Assembly (NCBI GenBank): GCA_977017645.1 | Contig: OZ360220.1 | Coordinates: 135,222,001 to 135,286,000, forward strand | Direction of reading: 5' to 3' | DNA length: 64,000 nt | Origin: Torpedo marmorata | Taxonomy: Eukaryota | Shown: piece after piece, positions 12,101-24,100 of the stretch | Layout: every line of letters begins with the position of its first letter | How positions within the stretch are numbered: the first letter of the stretch is position 1 | Position numbers and translations under genes: made by a program | Notes under the pieces: model-generated | Database searches by the model: none | What the model saw: the letters and a program-made list of their open reading frames with translations, nothing else | What the model was told of the DNA's origin: nothing

Positions 12101-15100
12101 ATTCCCCAAGGAGTGATTGAAGTTCGGAACTCTGTTTAATGGCATGGTAGGTGGATGCAGTTCAGAAGATGCTTTCAAAAGGGAGTGAAAAATAACCTAA
12201 AGAAGATGAAATTCAAGTCTTTGGAGAAAAGAGCTATTCTGGTTCTGAACTATTCCATGAGCCAGCAGCACCGAACATGTAGAATGGCAGTAGTTGTGTT
12301 TTGCATACCCAACCTTAGCTGCACTTCAGACATACTATAGAATATGCAGTTGGTGTTTTATTGCACACTTAATGCTTCCGACCAAAGACAAATTTCACAG
12401 TATGTGATCTGGGAGGAAAGAGGAAGCCAGGCAAGATTGGTGGCATTTTCTAATGTGTGTAGAGGCGGTGGGATGAGGGTCTCTATCTGTGTGTGGGCTT
12501 CTTGCCAAATTTTATTGGGGAATACATAAGGGACTTTGAGAAAAACTGATGAACGCCTCTTGTTCAACACAGTTTCTGTCTGATGGTCAGAAATCTCTGT
12601 TTAATAGAGCTTCAGTCCTTTGTGTAAGTGATGCCTTGTCCAATAAAGTGCAGCGTTATTTGTTCTCACAGTTATTGGCAACTGATTAACTGTAAGTAAA
12701 TCTGCCAGTCAAGCTTTAATTTGTATCCTAATGTCCATTGATCATTTTCTGTTTGTTTCCTTCCTTCTCTCCTCCATATAAATATTGGCTCAGGTTCATT
12801 TCCTTCCCTGAGGAATGGACTAGTAATGTTTGATTAACTCTGTCCATCTCCAGGCCAGCTGTGGTGTCGCAGGGCCAGTGCACCTTCTTGCATCTCTTAC
12901 TGGATGGAGGGGTGATCTGTCTTGGTGGATGGGGACTAGGGCAGTCTTCTGGGGGACAGAGGGGATGAAGCTTGGGATGCTGCCCAGATGTTGGGGTGCT
13001 GCCCAGATGTTGGGATGCTGCCCAGATGTTGGGGTGCTGCCCAGATGTTGGGGTGCTGCCCAGATATTTGATTTGTGGACTTTCTGTATTTCTGTCATCT
13101 ATCCTTTCATTGCATTCTCCTTTCTTCAGCACCACTCCATGGATGATCCTCATTTTTGAATTCTGAAGGCTGTGGGTTCAATCCCAGCTCACAGACTTGG
13201 AAACAAACCTAAGGCTGCTGAACCACTGCAAGATCTGCACGAAATGTCAAGGCTTTGAGGTGGGAATAAGAGAAACTGCAGAATCATTCTGCAAGGTTTC
13301 ACTATGCGAGTCGAGCACACGGGGGTAACCTTTCTTCTCGCAGCGTATTATATGCAATATCCTCCTGTCAAAATTTGTCTCATTAAAAATCAGACCAAAA
13401 CACAGCTGTCGATGGAACTTGCTGTGTTTAAAATTGGCTCCCATGTACAATGATATTAACACGTAGAAAAATTTACCTCCCGTTCATCAGCCGAGAACAT
13501 CAGTTCATCTGTCTGTGGTCTTCCTTTGGATGAAAGTATTACAACTTGAATGAGAACAGAATTTCTGAAGGATTAACCAGAAGCTTAAGGTTAAGGCTGT
13601 ACTAGAAGTGTATATGCATCTATTTAATGAAAAAGCCTTCCTCTGGAGATTATCAGATCAAACAGTGGCAGTTTTAACTTGGGGTGATCATTTTGTTCTT
13701 TGTATGGGATGGTTTATGTTTTACAAAAGAGGCTCATGCAACACGATGAATTGTGTCATCACTATTTGCTGTTTTTAGCACTTAAAACAAGTGAAACAAT
13801 TTTGTGATTCCTGTTGACTGTTAAGGAAGAAAATCAATGACCTTGACGTAATAAAGCAGATTCTCCTGTGCTTCCAAACTGTCGAGTAGTGGCGAAAACC
13901 AAGAGAAGTTTAATGGCAGATGTGATGGCAGAGTGGTTTCGATAGTCACTCAAGAGCTGAGGTTGCAGACTGACTGCCTGGGCACAAATGTGTAAACCCG
14001 GGCAATCTCCAGTGGTCTCTGATGTCCAAAATGGCCTTTTGTTCTGATGGTCATCAAATGTGAGCTTGTGGGCTTACCCTTCCCTGTGGCCATTTGTCAC
14101 TCCAACAGCCTCCCGTCCTTTCAGCCTCTGGAATTTTAACTGCTTTCCCTCCATTTCTGTGCTCGATTATGTGCCGTTACCAGCTATTATGGAAGTGGGT
14201 TCTATTCCTGGAGTAACCCTTTAATCCACTATATTTGGTGAGACCTCAAACTACTAAGTTCTTGTGCCTTTCCAGTCCATTGGAGGACAGGAGAGTATCG
14301 CCTAATTACTGTGCTGCGATTTGAAGAGGGCTCGCAAAATTGTTGAGTACCTCTACCACCTCGCACACAGCATCTTTCAGCTACTCCCATCAGGAAAGAG
14401 ATACAGGAGTATCAGAGCCAGCACCACCAGGCTGAGAAACAACTTCTACCACGTGCAGTGAAACTGCTGAACGACTGATGTGAACTGCTCATCCAAACCC
14501 TCCGAAACTCTACTATTTATTAAACAATATTTAATTGTTTTTATGTATGTATATACATACTGCATATGTATCATTTGTCTGTATGTGTGTTATGTCTGGA
14601 TGTGTATTTGCATTTTTGTGCACCGAGGCCCGGAGAATGCTGTTTCGTCAGATTGTACTTGTACAAACGGATGATAAATAAACTTGAACACCCTTTTGAT
14701 GGTGTTTTCCTGTCCTTGCACCCACCGTTCTGTATTTTGATATTTTCTGCCAGCAAGTTTGTTGAAATGACTAGTGTTTATGAGCTTATCAGCTAGCCAC
14801 TGAGATTAGTCAATGAGATAGCCTCACAATGGGCCAAATGGCTTCCTGAGGCAGTTTCGTACACTGTTTCGACAAGTGGCTTTCTGTGGCATGTGCCACG
14901 TCAGGGCTGACATGGCCAGTAGGGGCGAATGACCTGTCTCTGTAATTTGAGGTTGTGTGGCTGAGGGGACTGGTCTCGAAAACTGTCCCAACCAGGAAAG
15001 GGTTGAGTTAACCAGGATGGCTGGAGCGTTCAAACAAAGACACACACTGCTACAATCTGAAGTGATGATAATGAAAATTTGTTGTCATTTCATATGTACA

Positions 15101-18100
15101 ATGAATGGATGCTCCAAAATTCTTACTTGCTGCAGCCCTCCAGCCTGAATATGCAATGTTAGTACATTATTTTTAAAATTGATGCAAAAAGGCATAATCT
15201 TTCTTTGAACCTAAAGACGACTTAATGGCAGATGAGTGAGGGTTCAGGAAAGGGATTAATAATCTTAACATCACAGACTACTTCCCTGAACTGCTGATGG
15301 CTTGTATCTCATGGGTTTATATCATCAAATTAATTTCAGTGAGAGAAGCTCTGAAGTGGAAGGTTCTTCTACTAATCTGCTAAACACTTGGAGCTGTTTC
15401 TCCTCAATCAACAATAATTCAAGTAGATAATTTTTTTCCATCTATTAATATTTTTAATGTATTCTCCCCAAACAATAGATATTGTGATGCTTAATACTGC
15501 CGGAGATCAGTTTTAAGGAGATTGTTCGTCAGCTCACGATTGTGGTTGGATTAGACAGTTGAAGCACTTGCCCCAGATTTTAACTTTCCAGCTTCCCTCT
15601 TCAGAGATCAAGGTCACATACCTTTTTTAGCTTTATTTTGGAATGTAAGGGGCAGATGGTTTTGAACCAAATAGTGTCTGGGTTTGCAAATTTGTGCTTG
15701 GGTTTGGAGCTGGTTATCTCTGAAAGGTTGGGTGATGGGGAGAAAAGGAGATGCTGTGGGACTCTGAGGGGAATGGCAGCTTGGGAAGGAAGAATGAGGA
15801 AAAAGGCAATGTGCAAAAGGAGAATTTTGGTCAGTTCAGAAACTATGTCAAATTTGCCTGCCTGAAAACTAACTAAAATGAAATAGAGATCATCCCCCCC
15901 ATCACTGTTTAATGAATAAAATCACTCTTTGGAAGCTATGCAATTTTTTTTTCAGATTTGCCCAGAATATTTCTGACTGTATTTTGTTCCAGGGATGGCA
16001 GTGGGTGGGTTCATCAGTTCATGAGATCACAAGATCTCATCCATGCATTTCACTGCTTTAAGTGCTCTGTGCCATGGGAAACAAGGCAGAGCCTGGACTT
16101 AACATATCAGCCACCATACAACAGCCCTGACTCTGCTGTGCAGAGAGGAAAACGCCCTTAATTTTTGTCTTCATATCTTTGGAGTTGGATTTGAACCTTA
16201 AGTGTCTTGCCTCAGATGCACGAACAATAACCATAGCAACACACCTGGCAGCTTGCCAGCTATGTATGAAGATGTACCCTGTTTCATTACTAGCAATGAT
16301 TAGATGAACTCTTTAAAACTGAGCCTTATGCCCAGATTTCAAAGCAACACTCTGCTTCACACTCTTTGCTTTAAAAAGAAATATGAGCCTTTAAAATCTT
16401 ATTTCTTTTAGAAATATGATGAGATTTTAAGAGGTTGTAGAGTATCAAATAACTAGAAAGTTCTCTGGTTTGAGGAAATACATGGATAATAGAAAAATGG
16501 GTTTCATTAATTAAACTCTCAACTAATGAGGTGATAGAAATGTTATAAAATCGCGAAGATTTGGGGCTGATTAGATTTAAGTGTAGCTTTGGGTAGGAAT
16601 TCTGGGATTGCAACAGCTGAGAGATCAAAAATTTGGGGCCAAAATAGGTTTTTAAAAAAAAAAAGTTGAGTGCAGCAGTTTCAGAAAGAATTGGAGAAAG
16701 ACTTTCAGGCAGAAGTGTGGGGCTGCTGGATGTTTTTCCAGGGATAGTTGTCAAGGCAGAAACTGTCAAAAATTCAAAAGGCTACTGAACAAGCAGCTGA
16801 GGAGACTGGGGTGGAAGTTGAACAGGAACAGAGTGGGTAAATGTGACAAGGATTATTCGCCGGAATGTTCGGTTGAAGCTCCTGAGGCTGCTTGTGTTTA
16901 TTCCGGTTATAATTTATTGATATTTCTATGTATTTGGGACAATACACAATCTGTGAAGCTCTTTTGGCTGTTTCTGTGTTGTTCCGTGCCAGAAAAGGAA
17001 CAGCTTATTACTGCAGAAATGCAATAAGATTTGTATAAGCCGATTGTAGTGCAAAGCACATTGACAGTTTTGTTTCCACGCAATTATACATCCATTGTGT
17101 GAGCCAAGGTAGACCAGAAATGCTCCTCTCTATGAAGGTCACTCCAAAGTGCATGTGGATTACAGTTCTCTTTGTGGGAAAATTCATCATTGATACCATA
17201 CGGATTTTCCACTCTTCCCTCGGGCGTTTCAGGTTGAGTTGAAAACCCACTCCAGAGACCTGATCACAACATTTTCAGCCAACGCACATTCAACCAGGAA
17301 TTGTTTCAGAAGTTGTTCATAAAATGTCACAGCAAAAGGTATGTGAATGTTTTTTGAACAACAATTTCCTCCTGTATAGTACCTTTAATGAAGCAAAATT
17401 ATCCCATGGTACTTCGGAGGAGCACTGTCAAGTGAGAGATGGTGATGGTTGTTTGGTGGAGAGGCACAGGAAGTAAACTAGCCTGGAGCATGAGTGTGTG
17501 CGAGGTGTTGTGAGCTAACAATAACTTGTGAACACATTTGTCTGATGGTCGTCAGTCCTTTCCACTGACTGAGGCAGGATGTTGGCTGAAAATCTCGGGC
17601 AACTTCTCCACTCAACAAGGGAAGTCGTCATCTTTGTACATCTTCTGTCAGCAAATTGTTGCTGACTTGCAGACTGATCATAGCTTCAATCGATTATATG
17701 CAAGGAATCCCTGTTCAATCAAACATCATGTGGTTATGAACAGTTTGTGGGCAGCTCTGTTGATGTTTGCCAGACTGATGGTCCCTGGGCCTGTGAAATG
17801 AGTCCTTGTGTTCAAGATTCCTCTGAACTGATAAGAGGGATTCTTTCTAACAATATGAATCTGCAGTGACCACAGGAATGTGGTGGTCTCACAATGCCTT
17901 AATTTGGTCCATTGTTTTCCATTTTCTAACATAATATGTGACTATTCACAATTTGGAATAAAGTACATAAGAAATTGGAACAGGAATAGGCTATCTGGTC
18001 CGTTGAACCTGCTGCATCATTCAACGTTCATGGCTGATCTGGCCATGGGCTCACCTCTACTTTCCCCCAGAAGCCTTAAGTTCCCTACAATGCAAATATC

Positions 18101-21100
18101 TAACTATCCGTGTCTTTTACTCTGTTCTACTGCTTCTTTGGTCAGAGAATTCCACAGATTCACTACTCTCTGGGAGAAGCAGTTCCTCCTCATCTCTGTC
18201 TTAAATCTACTCCCCTGAATCTTGAGGCAATGTCCCCTGGTTCTAATATATTGTAACTTTAAAAATATGAGGTTATAATGATATGTGGTTAAGTGTAGCT
18301 GCCTCTGCCATGGTCTTTTCTAACATACTATTATGTTAATCAGGGTTGGACTGGAAGTGACTTGTGTGGAATCTCATGACCAGCTTGGATCTACTGGACT
18401 AAATGGCCCGTTACAGTGCTATAAACTTTGCATAATTCTGTATTTTATAGAATAATAAAGCCATGTATTTTAACATTTCTCTGTTCCCCATCTTAGAGGA
18501 TCTTGGGAAACAAACATCATGCAAGATGGTAACAAATCCTTGATCCAAAGAAGTAAGCGATTGGGTTCACCACCTGGGACCGTGCCTACCTTGACTCCAG
18601 GAGTGAAGCAGTCTGCCAAAGGGAAAGAGAATGGTGGGTACCATTGTCTTCATGACCCTCGTGGGTATTAATGGTGGAGAAGACCTGTGGTTCAAGCCAC
18701 CATCAGAATCTATTGAGAATCCTTGTCACTTTTATGTGAAGCCTGTGGCAACTGTGGAAAATAGAGATCATGGATTCATAATCTTGCGGCATATTTATCC
18801 TTTTAACTTCAATCACATTTAAGGACAGCATTGGCTCTCTGCGATTATAAACTCTAAACATTTTGCAATAAATCACTTTGATCTTGCCATTAATTATATA
18901 TCATGTTGTAATTTGACAGCTATTGTTGAACCCAGCAATAATTATGTGAGGACTGAGTCGCCGAGAAGCTCTGGTCTCTCCATCCAGAATGGAAGGGTAA
19001 GATTTTCCTTCTTAATGGCTCCACCTCTGGTGGTGTTGTGAGTGAATCTGATGTGTTAGCCTTTTCGTTCCTCCCCTCCTTTTGGAGATTTGACCTCTGT
19101 AATATTACTGCTTAGCAAAATGAAGACATGGCTGCTTCACTCAAGACACTGCAAACATCTCCAACCGTATGTGGTAAACCACTGTATATGTATTGTGGGC
19201 TGGTGATAAGTTTGGACATGCCCTGCTGACTGTCCCGGTGGCTCCTCCCCCTACCCCCCTTGAATAAAGGCCATTGTGCCACAACTCCTCCCCCAGTCCG
19301 GGACAGATCACCAGCACGAATGTAGGTCCATTCTGTAGTTAATAAAAGCCTTTCAGTTCTAGTGCAACTTCCAGTCTTTTGGAGTTATTGATTGGCGTAT
19401 CAATTTTATTAACTACATTTTAAAATGGAGAGCGTTCTGACACCCGATAAACTGGACATCGACCCGCAGGCATCGGACGCCAGTAACGCCTTCGAACTCT
19501 GGCTAGTCTGCTTTGAGTCGTTTCTACGGGCGATCAAGGTGCAGGATGAAGAAGAAAAACGCATGGTCCTCCTCTCTAGGGTAAGCCCTTGAGTTTACTC
19601 AACGATCCGCGACTTGCAGACCTACGAGGATGCGATGGAAGCACTGAAACGGCAGTATATACAGCCTGTGAACTCGGTATACGCGAGGCACAGGCTAACG
19701 ACGCGGCAGCAGAGGCCCGGGGAGTCGATCGCGGAGTTCATACGGGCCATACAGACACTCGTGCGGGCGTGCGACTGCAGGGCGCTGACGGCCGAGCAGC
19801 ATGCAGAGTTGCTGGGGAGAGACACTTTTGTAACGGGGATCAGGTCAGTGTACGTGCGCCAGCGACTGCTGGAGCATGCTGACCTGACCTTCCGTTCTGC
19901 TATGGAACTGGCCCACACGCTGGAGGCCGCGCTTCAGAACGCGGACGCTATTCAAGCGCGCGATCTCCAGCAGGCCCCGTGGATGCCACCAAACCCCCCC
20001 ACCCTGCTAGCGACCCGACTACTGCCGCCATCAGCCGCGAGCCCGAGAAAATGTTATTTCTGCAGGCTCGAGAAGCACCCCCGAAAACGTTGCCCGGACC
20101 GCGAAGCAACCTGCTCCAGCTGCGGTAAGAAAGGCCACTTTGCGAAGGCCTGCCGCTCAAAGCCGCGAGCGGGTTCGAGCAGCGCCGCGTGCGAGATTCG
20201 GAGGCGGCCATCTTACGCACCATCACTTCCGGCGCCGCCGTCCTACCTACCCACCGCTGCCAACACGTGTGAAGAATGGGTGCAGCCATCTTGGACCTCG
20301 TCACTTCCGGCGCCGCCATCTTACCGACCCGACGCTTCACTTCCGGCGCCGCCATCTTACTGCCCCGACGCCAACACGTGCGACCCATGGGGGCGGCCAT
20401 CTTCTTCCACTCCGGAGAGCCGACACAGGGTGCCGCTACCCCGGGACAGCAGGCACTCCATCGCGACGTTGGATCAAGACAACGACCTAACACTGGCGTC
20501 AGTGACACTCGACCAGAGCGCACCCCATCAACTATTGAGGTCAATGATGGACATTCTGGTCGAGGGACACAGGACAAACTGCCTGTTCGACACAGGCAGC
20601 ACTGAAAGCTTTTTCCACCCTGACACAGTGCAGCGATGTGGCCTCGTGACACTGCCGGTAAGCCAAAGGGTTGCCATGGCTTCCGGGTCGCACACAACAG
20701 ACATCCGAGGGGGTTGTGTGGCGACGATAGTAGTACAGGGCACGGAATACCGGGACTTCACACTATTGGTCATGCCCCGACTGTGTGCACCTGTACTACT
20801 GGGCCTCGATTTCCAGAGCCACCTCCAGAGCGTTACCATGAAATATGACGGGCCCCTCCCACCGATTACCATCGGTAACCACCAGTTCCTCAGAAACACA
20901 CCCCACACTACCTGCGGTCTAGCCACCCTCAAGATCCCACCCCCGTCGCTATTCGCCAACCTGACCTCTGACTGTAAACCTGTGGCGACCAAAAGCAGGA
21001 GATATAGCGCAGGGGACAGAGCGTTCATCAAGTCAGAGGTGAGGCGACTACTCGGGAAGGGGATCATTGAACCGAGCACGAGTCCCTGGAGGGCCCAGGT

Positions 21101-24100
21101 GGTCGTCGTGAAGAACGGGAACAAAAATAGGATGGTGGTGGATTACAGCCAGACCATCAATAGGTTCACGCAGCTCGACGCGTACCCCCTGCCACTCATT
21201 GCAGATATGGTTAACCAGATAGCGCAATATAAGCTCTTCTCAACCATAGACCTCAAATCCGACTACCACCAGCTCCCCATCCGCCGAGAGGACCGCACTT
21301 ACACCGCCTTTGAGGCGGACGGCAGGCTCTACCATTTCCTGCGCGTCCCCTTTGGGGTTACAAATTGGGTATCCGTCTTCCAGAGGGAGATGGACAGGAT
21401 GGTGGACCAGCACAATCTAAAAGCCACCTTCCCGTACCTGGACAATATCACTATCTGTGGTCACGATCGCCAGGACCACGACAACAACCTCCGGAAGTTC
21501 CTCCAGGCGGCCAAAGCACTTAATCTCACATACAACAAGGATAAGTGCGTGTTCGGGACCACCCGACTCGCTATCCTGGGGTGTGTCGTGGAGAACGGGG
21601 TCATCGGCCCCGACCCCGACCCCGACCTCATGCGCCCTGTTGGAACTACCGCTTCCCCACACCCTCAAAAGGTGCTTGGGCTTCTTTTCGTACTACGCCC
21701 AGTGGGTCCCTAATTATGCAGACAAGGCCCGACCCCTAGTCAAGTCCACCACGTTTCCCCTTGCAGCGGAGGCACGTGAGGCTTTCAGCCTCATAAAATG
21801 GGACATTGCCAGAGCAGCAATGCACGCGGTGGACGAGTCCATCCCCTTCCAAGTCGAGAGTGATGCGTCCGACTTCGCACTGGCTGCTACCCTCAACCAG
21901 GCGGGAAGACCGGTGGCGTTCTTCTCCCGTGCCCTTCAAGGCCCCGAAATTCGGCACTCCGCGGTGGAGAAAGAGGCTCAGGCCATAGTGGAAGCTATCA
22001 GGCACTGGAGGCACTATCTCGCCGGCAAAAGGTTCAACAACCAGCAGCGGGGTAAAATCAAAAACGACAAAATCCTGAGGTGGAGAATTGAACTCTCCAC
22101 CTACAACTACGATATCATGTACCGGCCCGGGAAGCTCAATGAGCCCTCCGATGCTCTATCCCAGGGGACGTGTGCTAGCGCACAGATCGACCGTTTATAT
22201 GCCCTCCACTGCGACCTCTGCCACCCCGGAGTTACCAGGCTGTTTCACTTTGTGAAGGCCCGTAATCTACCGTACTCCCTAGAAGAAGTCAGGGCAATGA
22301 CCAGCAGCTGCCAGGTCTGCGCGGAGTGCAAACCGCACTTCTACCGCCCTGACAGGGCACAGTTAGTTAAGGCGACCCGCCCTTTCGAGCGACTCAGCGT
22401 CGACTTCAAGGGCCCCCTCCCCTCCACCGACCGCAACGTGTACTTTCTCAATGTTATTGACGAGTACTTGCGGTTTCCTTTCGCCATCCCCTGCCCCGAT
22501 ACCTCGGCCACCTCTGTCATAAGAGCTTTTCGCAAGCTCTTCACCCTGTTCGGTTTCCCCTGCTACATCCATAGCGACCGGGGGTCCGCTTTCATGAGCG
22601 ACGAGCTGAGACAATATCTGCTGGCAAGGGGGATCGCCACTAGCAGGACCACGAGCTACAATCCTCAGGGTAACAGACAGGTGGAAAGAGAGAACGCCAC
22701 GGTCTGGAAGGCCTCTCTCTTAGCACTTAGGTCTAAGGGACTACCAGTCTCCCGCTGGCAAGAAGTCCTTCCCGAGGCCCTCCATTCCATCCGGTCCCTG
22801 CTATGTACGTCCACTAACGCGACTCCTCATGAGAGACTCTTTTCTTTCCCCAGGAAGTCGACCACCGGGACGACCCTACCAGCATGGCTGACGTCCCCAG
22901 GGCCAGTGCTGCTCCGCAAACATATCAGGAGCAGTAAATACGCCCCAATGGTCGAGAGGGTCCAGTTAGCCCACGCCAACCCCCAGTATGCCTACGTGGT
23001 CTTCTCTGATGGGCGGGAAGACACCGTTTCCATCCGGGACCTGGCGCCCGCAGGAGCACCGGAACCCGCCCCCGAACACCCCCTTGTTACAATTACCCCC
23101 GTGCAAACATAAGATGCACCATTCGATCCCGCCACGACACCACAATCACCAGCACTTTCGCCGTCACCTGGCGTTCCGGTCCCCCAAACCAGGCAGGAGG
23201 TGGCTCCGCCGCCTGCCCCATCACCACAAGTACTGCGCCGATCACGACGTCAGATTCGACCGCCTGATCGACTTGATCTATGACTGTAAAATATTTTAGA
23301 TGTGTTGTAGTGTTCACTTCACCCCGCTGGACTCTTTTTAAAAAGGAGGGGTGAATGTGGTAAGCCACTGTATATGTATTGTGGGCTGGTGATAGGTTTG
23401 GACATGCCCTGCTGACTGTCCCGGTGGCTCCTCCCCCTACCCCCCTTGAATAAAGGCCATTGTGCCACAACTCCTCCCCCAGTCCGGGACAGATCACCAG
23501 CACGAATGTAGGTCCATTCTGTAGTTAATAAAAGCCTTTCAGTTCTAGTGCAACTTCCAGTCTTTTGGAGTTATTGATGGGCGTATCACCGTAAATCACG
23601 AAAATCTGTAGACACCGTGGTTGAAGTAAAAACACAAATACATAAAGGACACTCTTTGACCTGCTGAGCTTCTCCAGCATTTGTGTTTTTACAAACATCT
23701 CCAACCGTAGTGCATGCTCCAACATATGCACCGAGTTTTCAAAGTAAATATCCTTTAAGTGGAGAACTAACATGACAACAGTGTAACATCACTGCACTAC
23801 GTCATTGAACCCATGACTTCTCAAGAGCATACAAATGTCTTTTTCAAAACGTCCCTGTGTATCCAAAACCCACCCTCTGATTTTAATCTAAGGAGCCTTT
23901 GGGGCTGTCTGGGGTAATGGAAGCAGGACCAGCAGGAATCGTCCCTGTGATATCCATTGACCTGTTGGTCACTGTTTATTTCAATCCACAGCAGAGGTTA
24001 CTCAGTCAAACATTTCTCCCCTTTCTATGTCATCAACTTTGTTGGAGGGTAGAATCATGTCCTCCAGTAAGAATGATTTTGAGTGCCTTGCTGTGCCCAC

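Larger units (their letters stand above)
19170..23588 (+). mobile_element. Full-length Ty3/Gypsy LTR retrotransposon, recent but defective
   Basis: 233-bp TG...CA LTRs (19170-19402, 23356-23588) with 3 visible mismatches; 5-bp TSD CCGTA; PPT aaaaggaggggtgaa; gag-PR-RT-RH-IN order. Confidence 0.97.

Noticed and set aside
12978-13066. Repeat-encoded ORFs (12728-13166)
   Set aside because: Open frames arise from a 19-bp minisatellite; no splice or homology support
18497-18822. Additional host exon after a good acceptor (catcttAG) or ORF 18631-18822
   Set aside because: The phase-compatible frame has several stops and I recognise no CEP350 motif; cannot support it, though a decayed exon is not excluded
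21620-21660. Programmed ribosomal frameshift between the two Gypsy ORFs
   Set aside because: The shift falls at the end of the RT domain inside pol with no slippery heptamer; it looks like a mutational indel
19622-22614. Antisense ORFs over the Gypsy pol region
   Set aside because: Expected shadows of GC-rich coding sequence; no independent motifs
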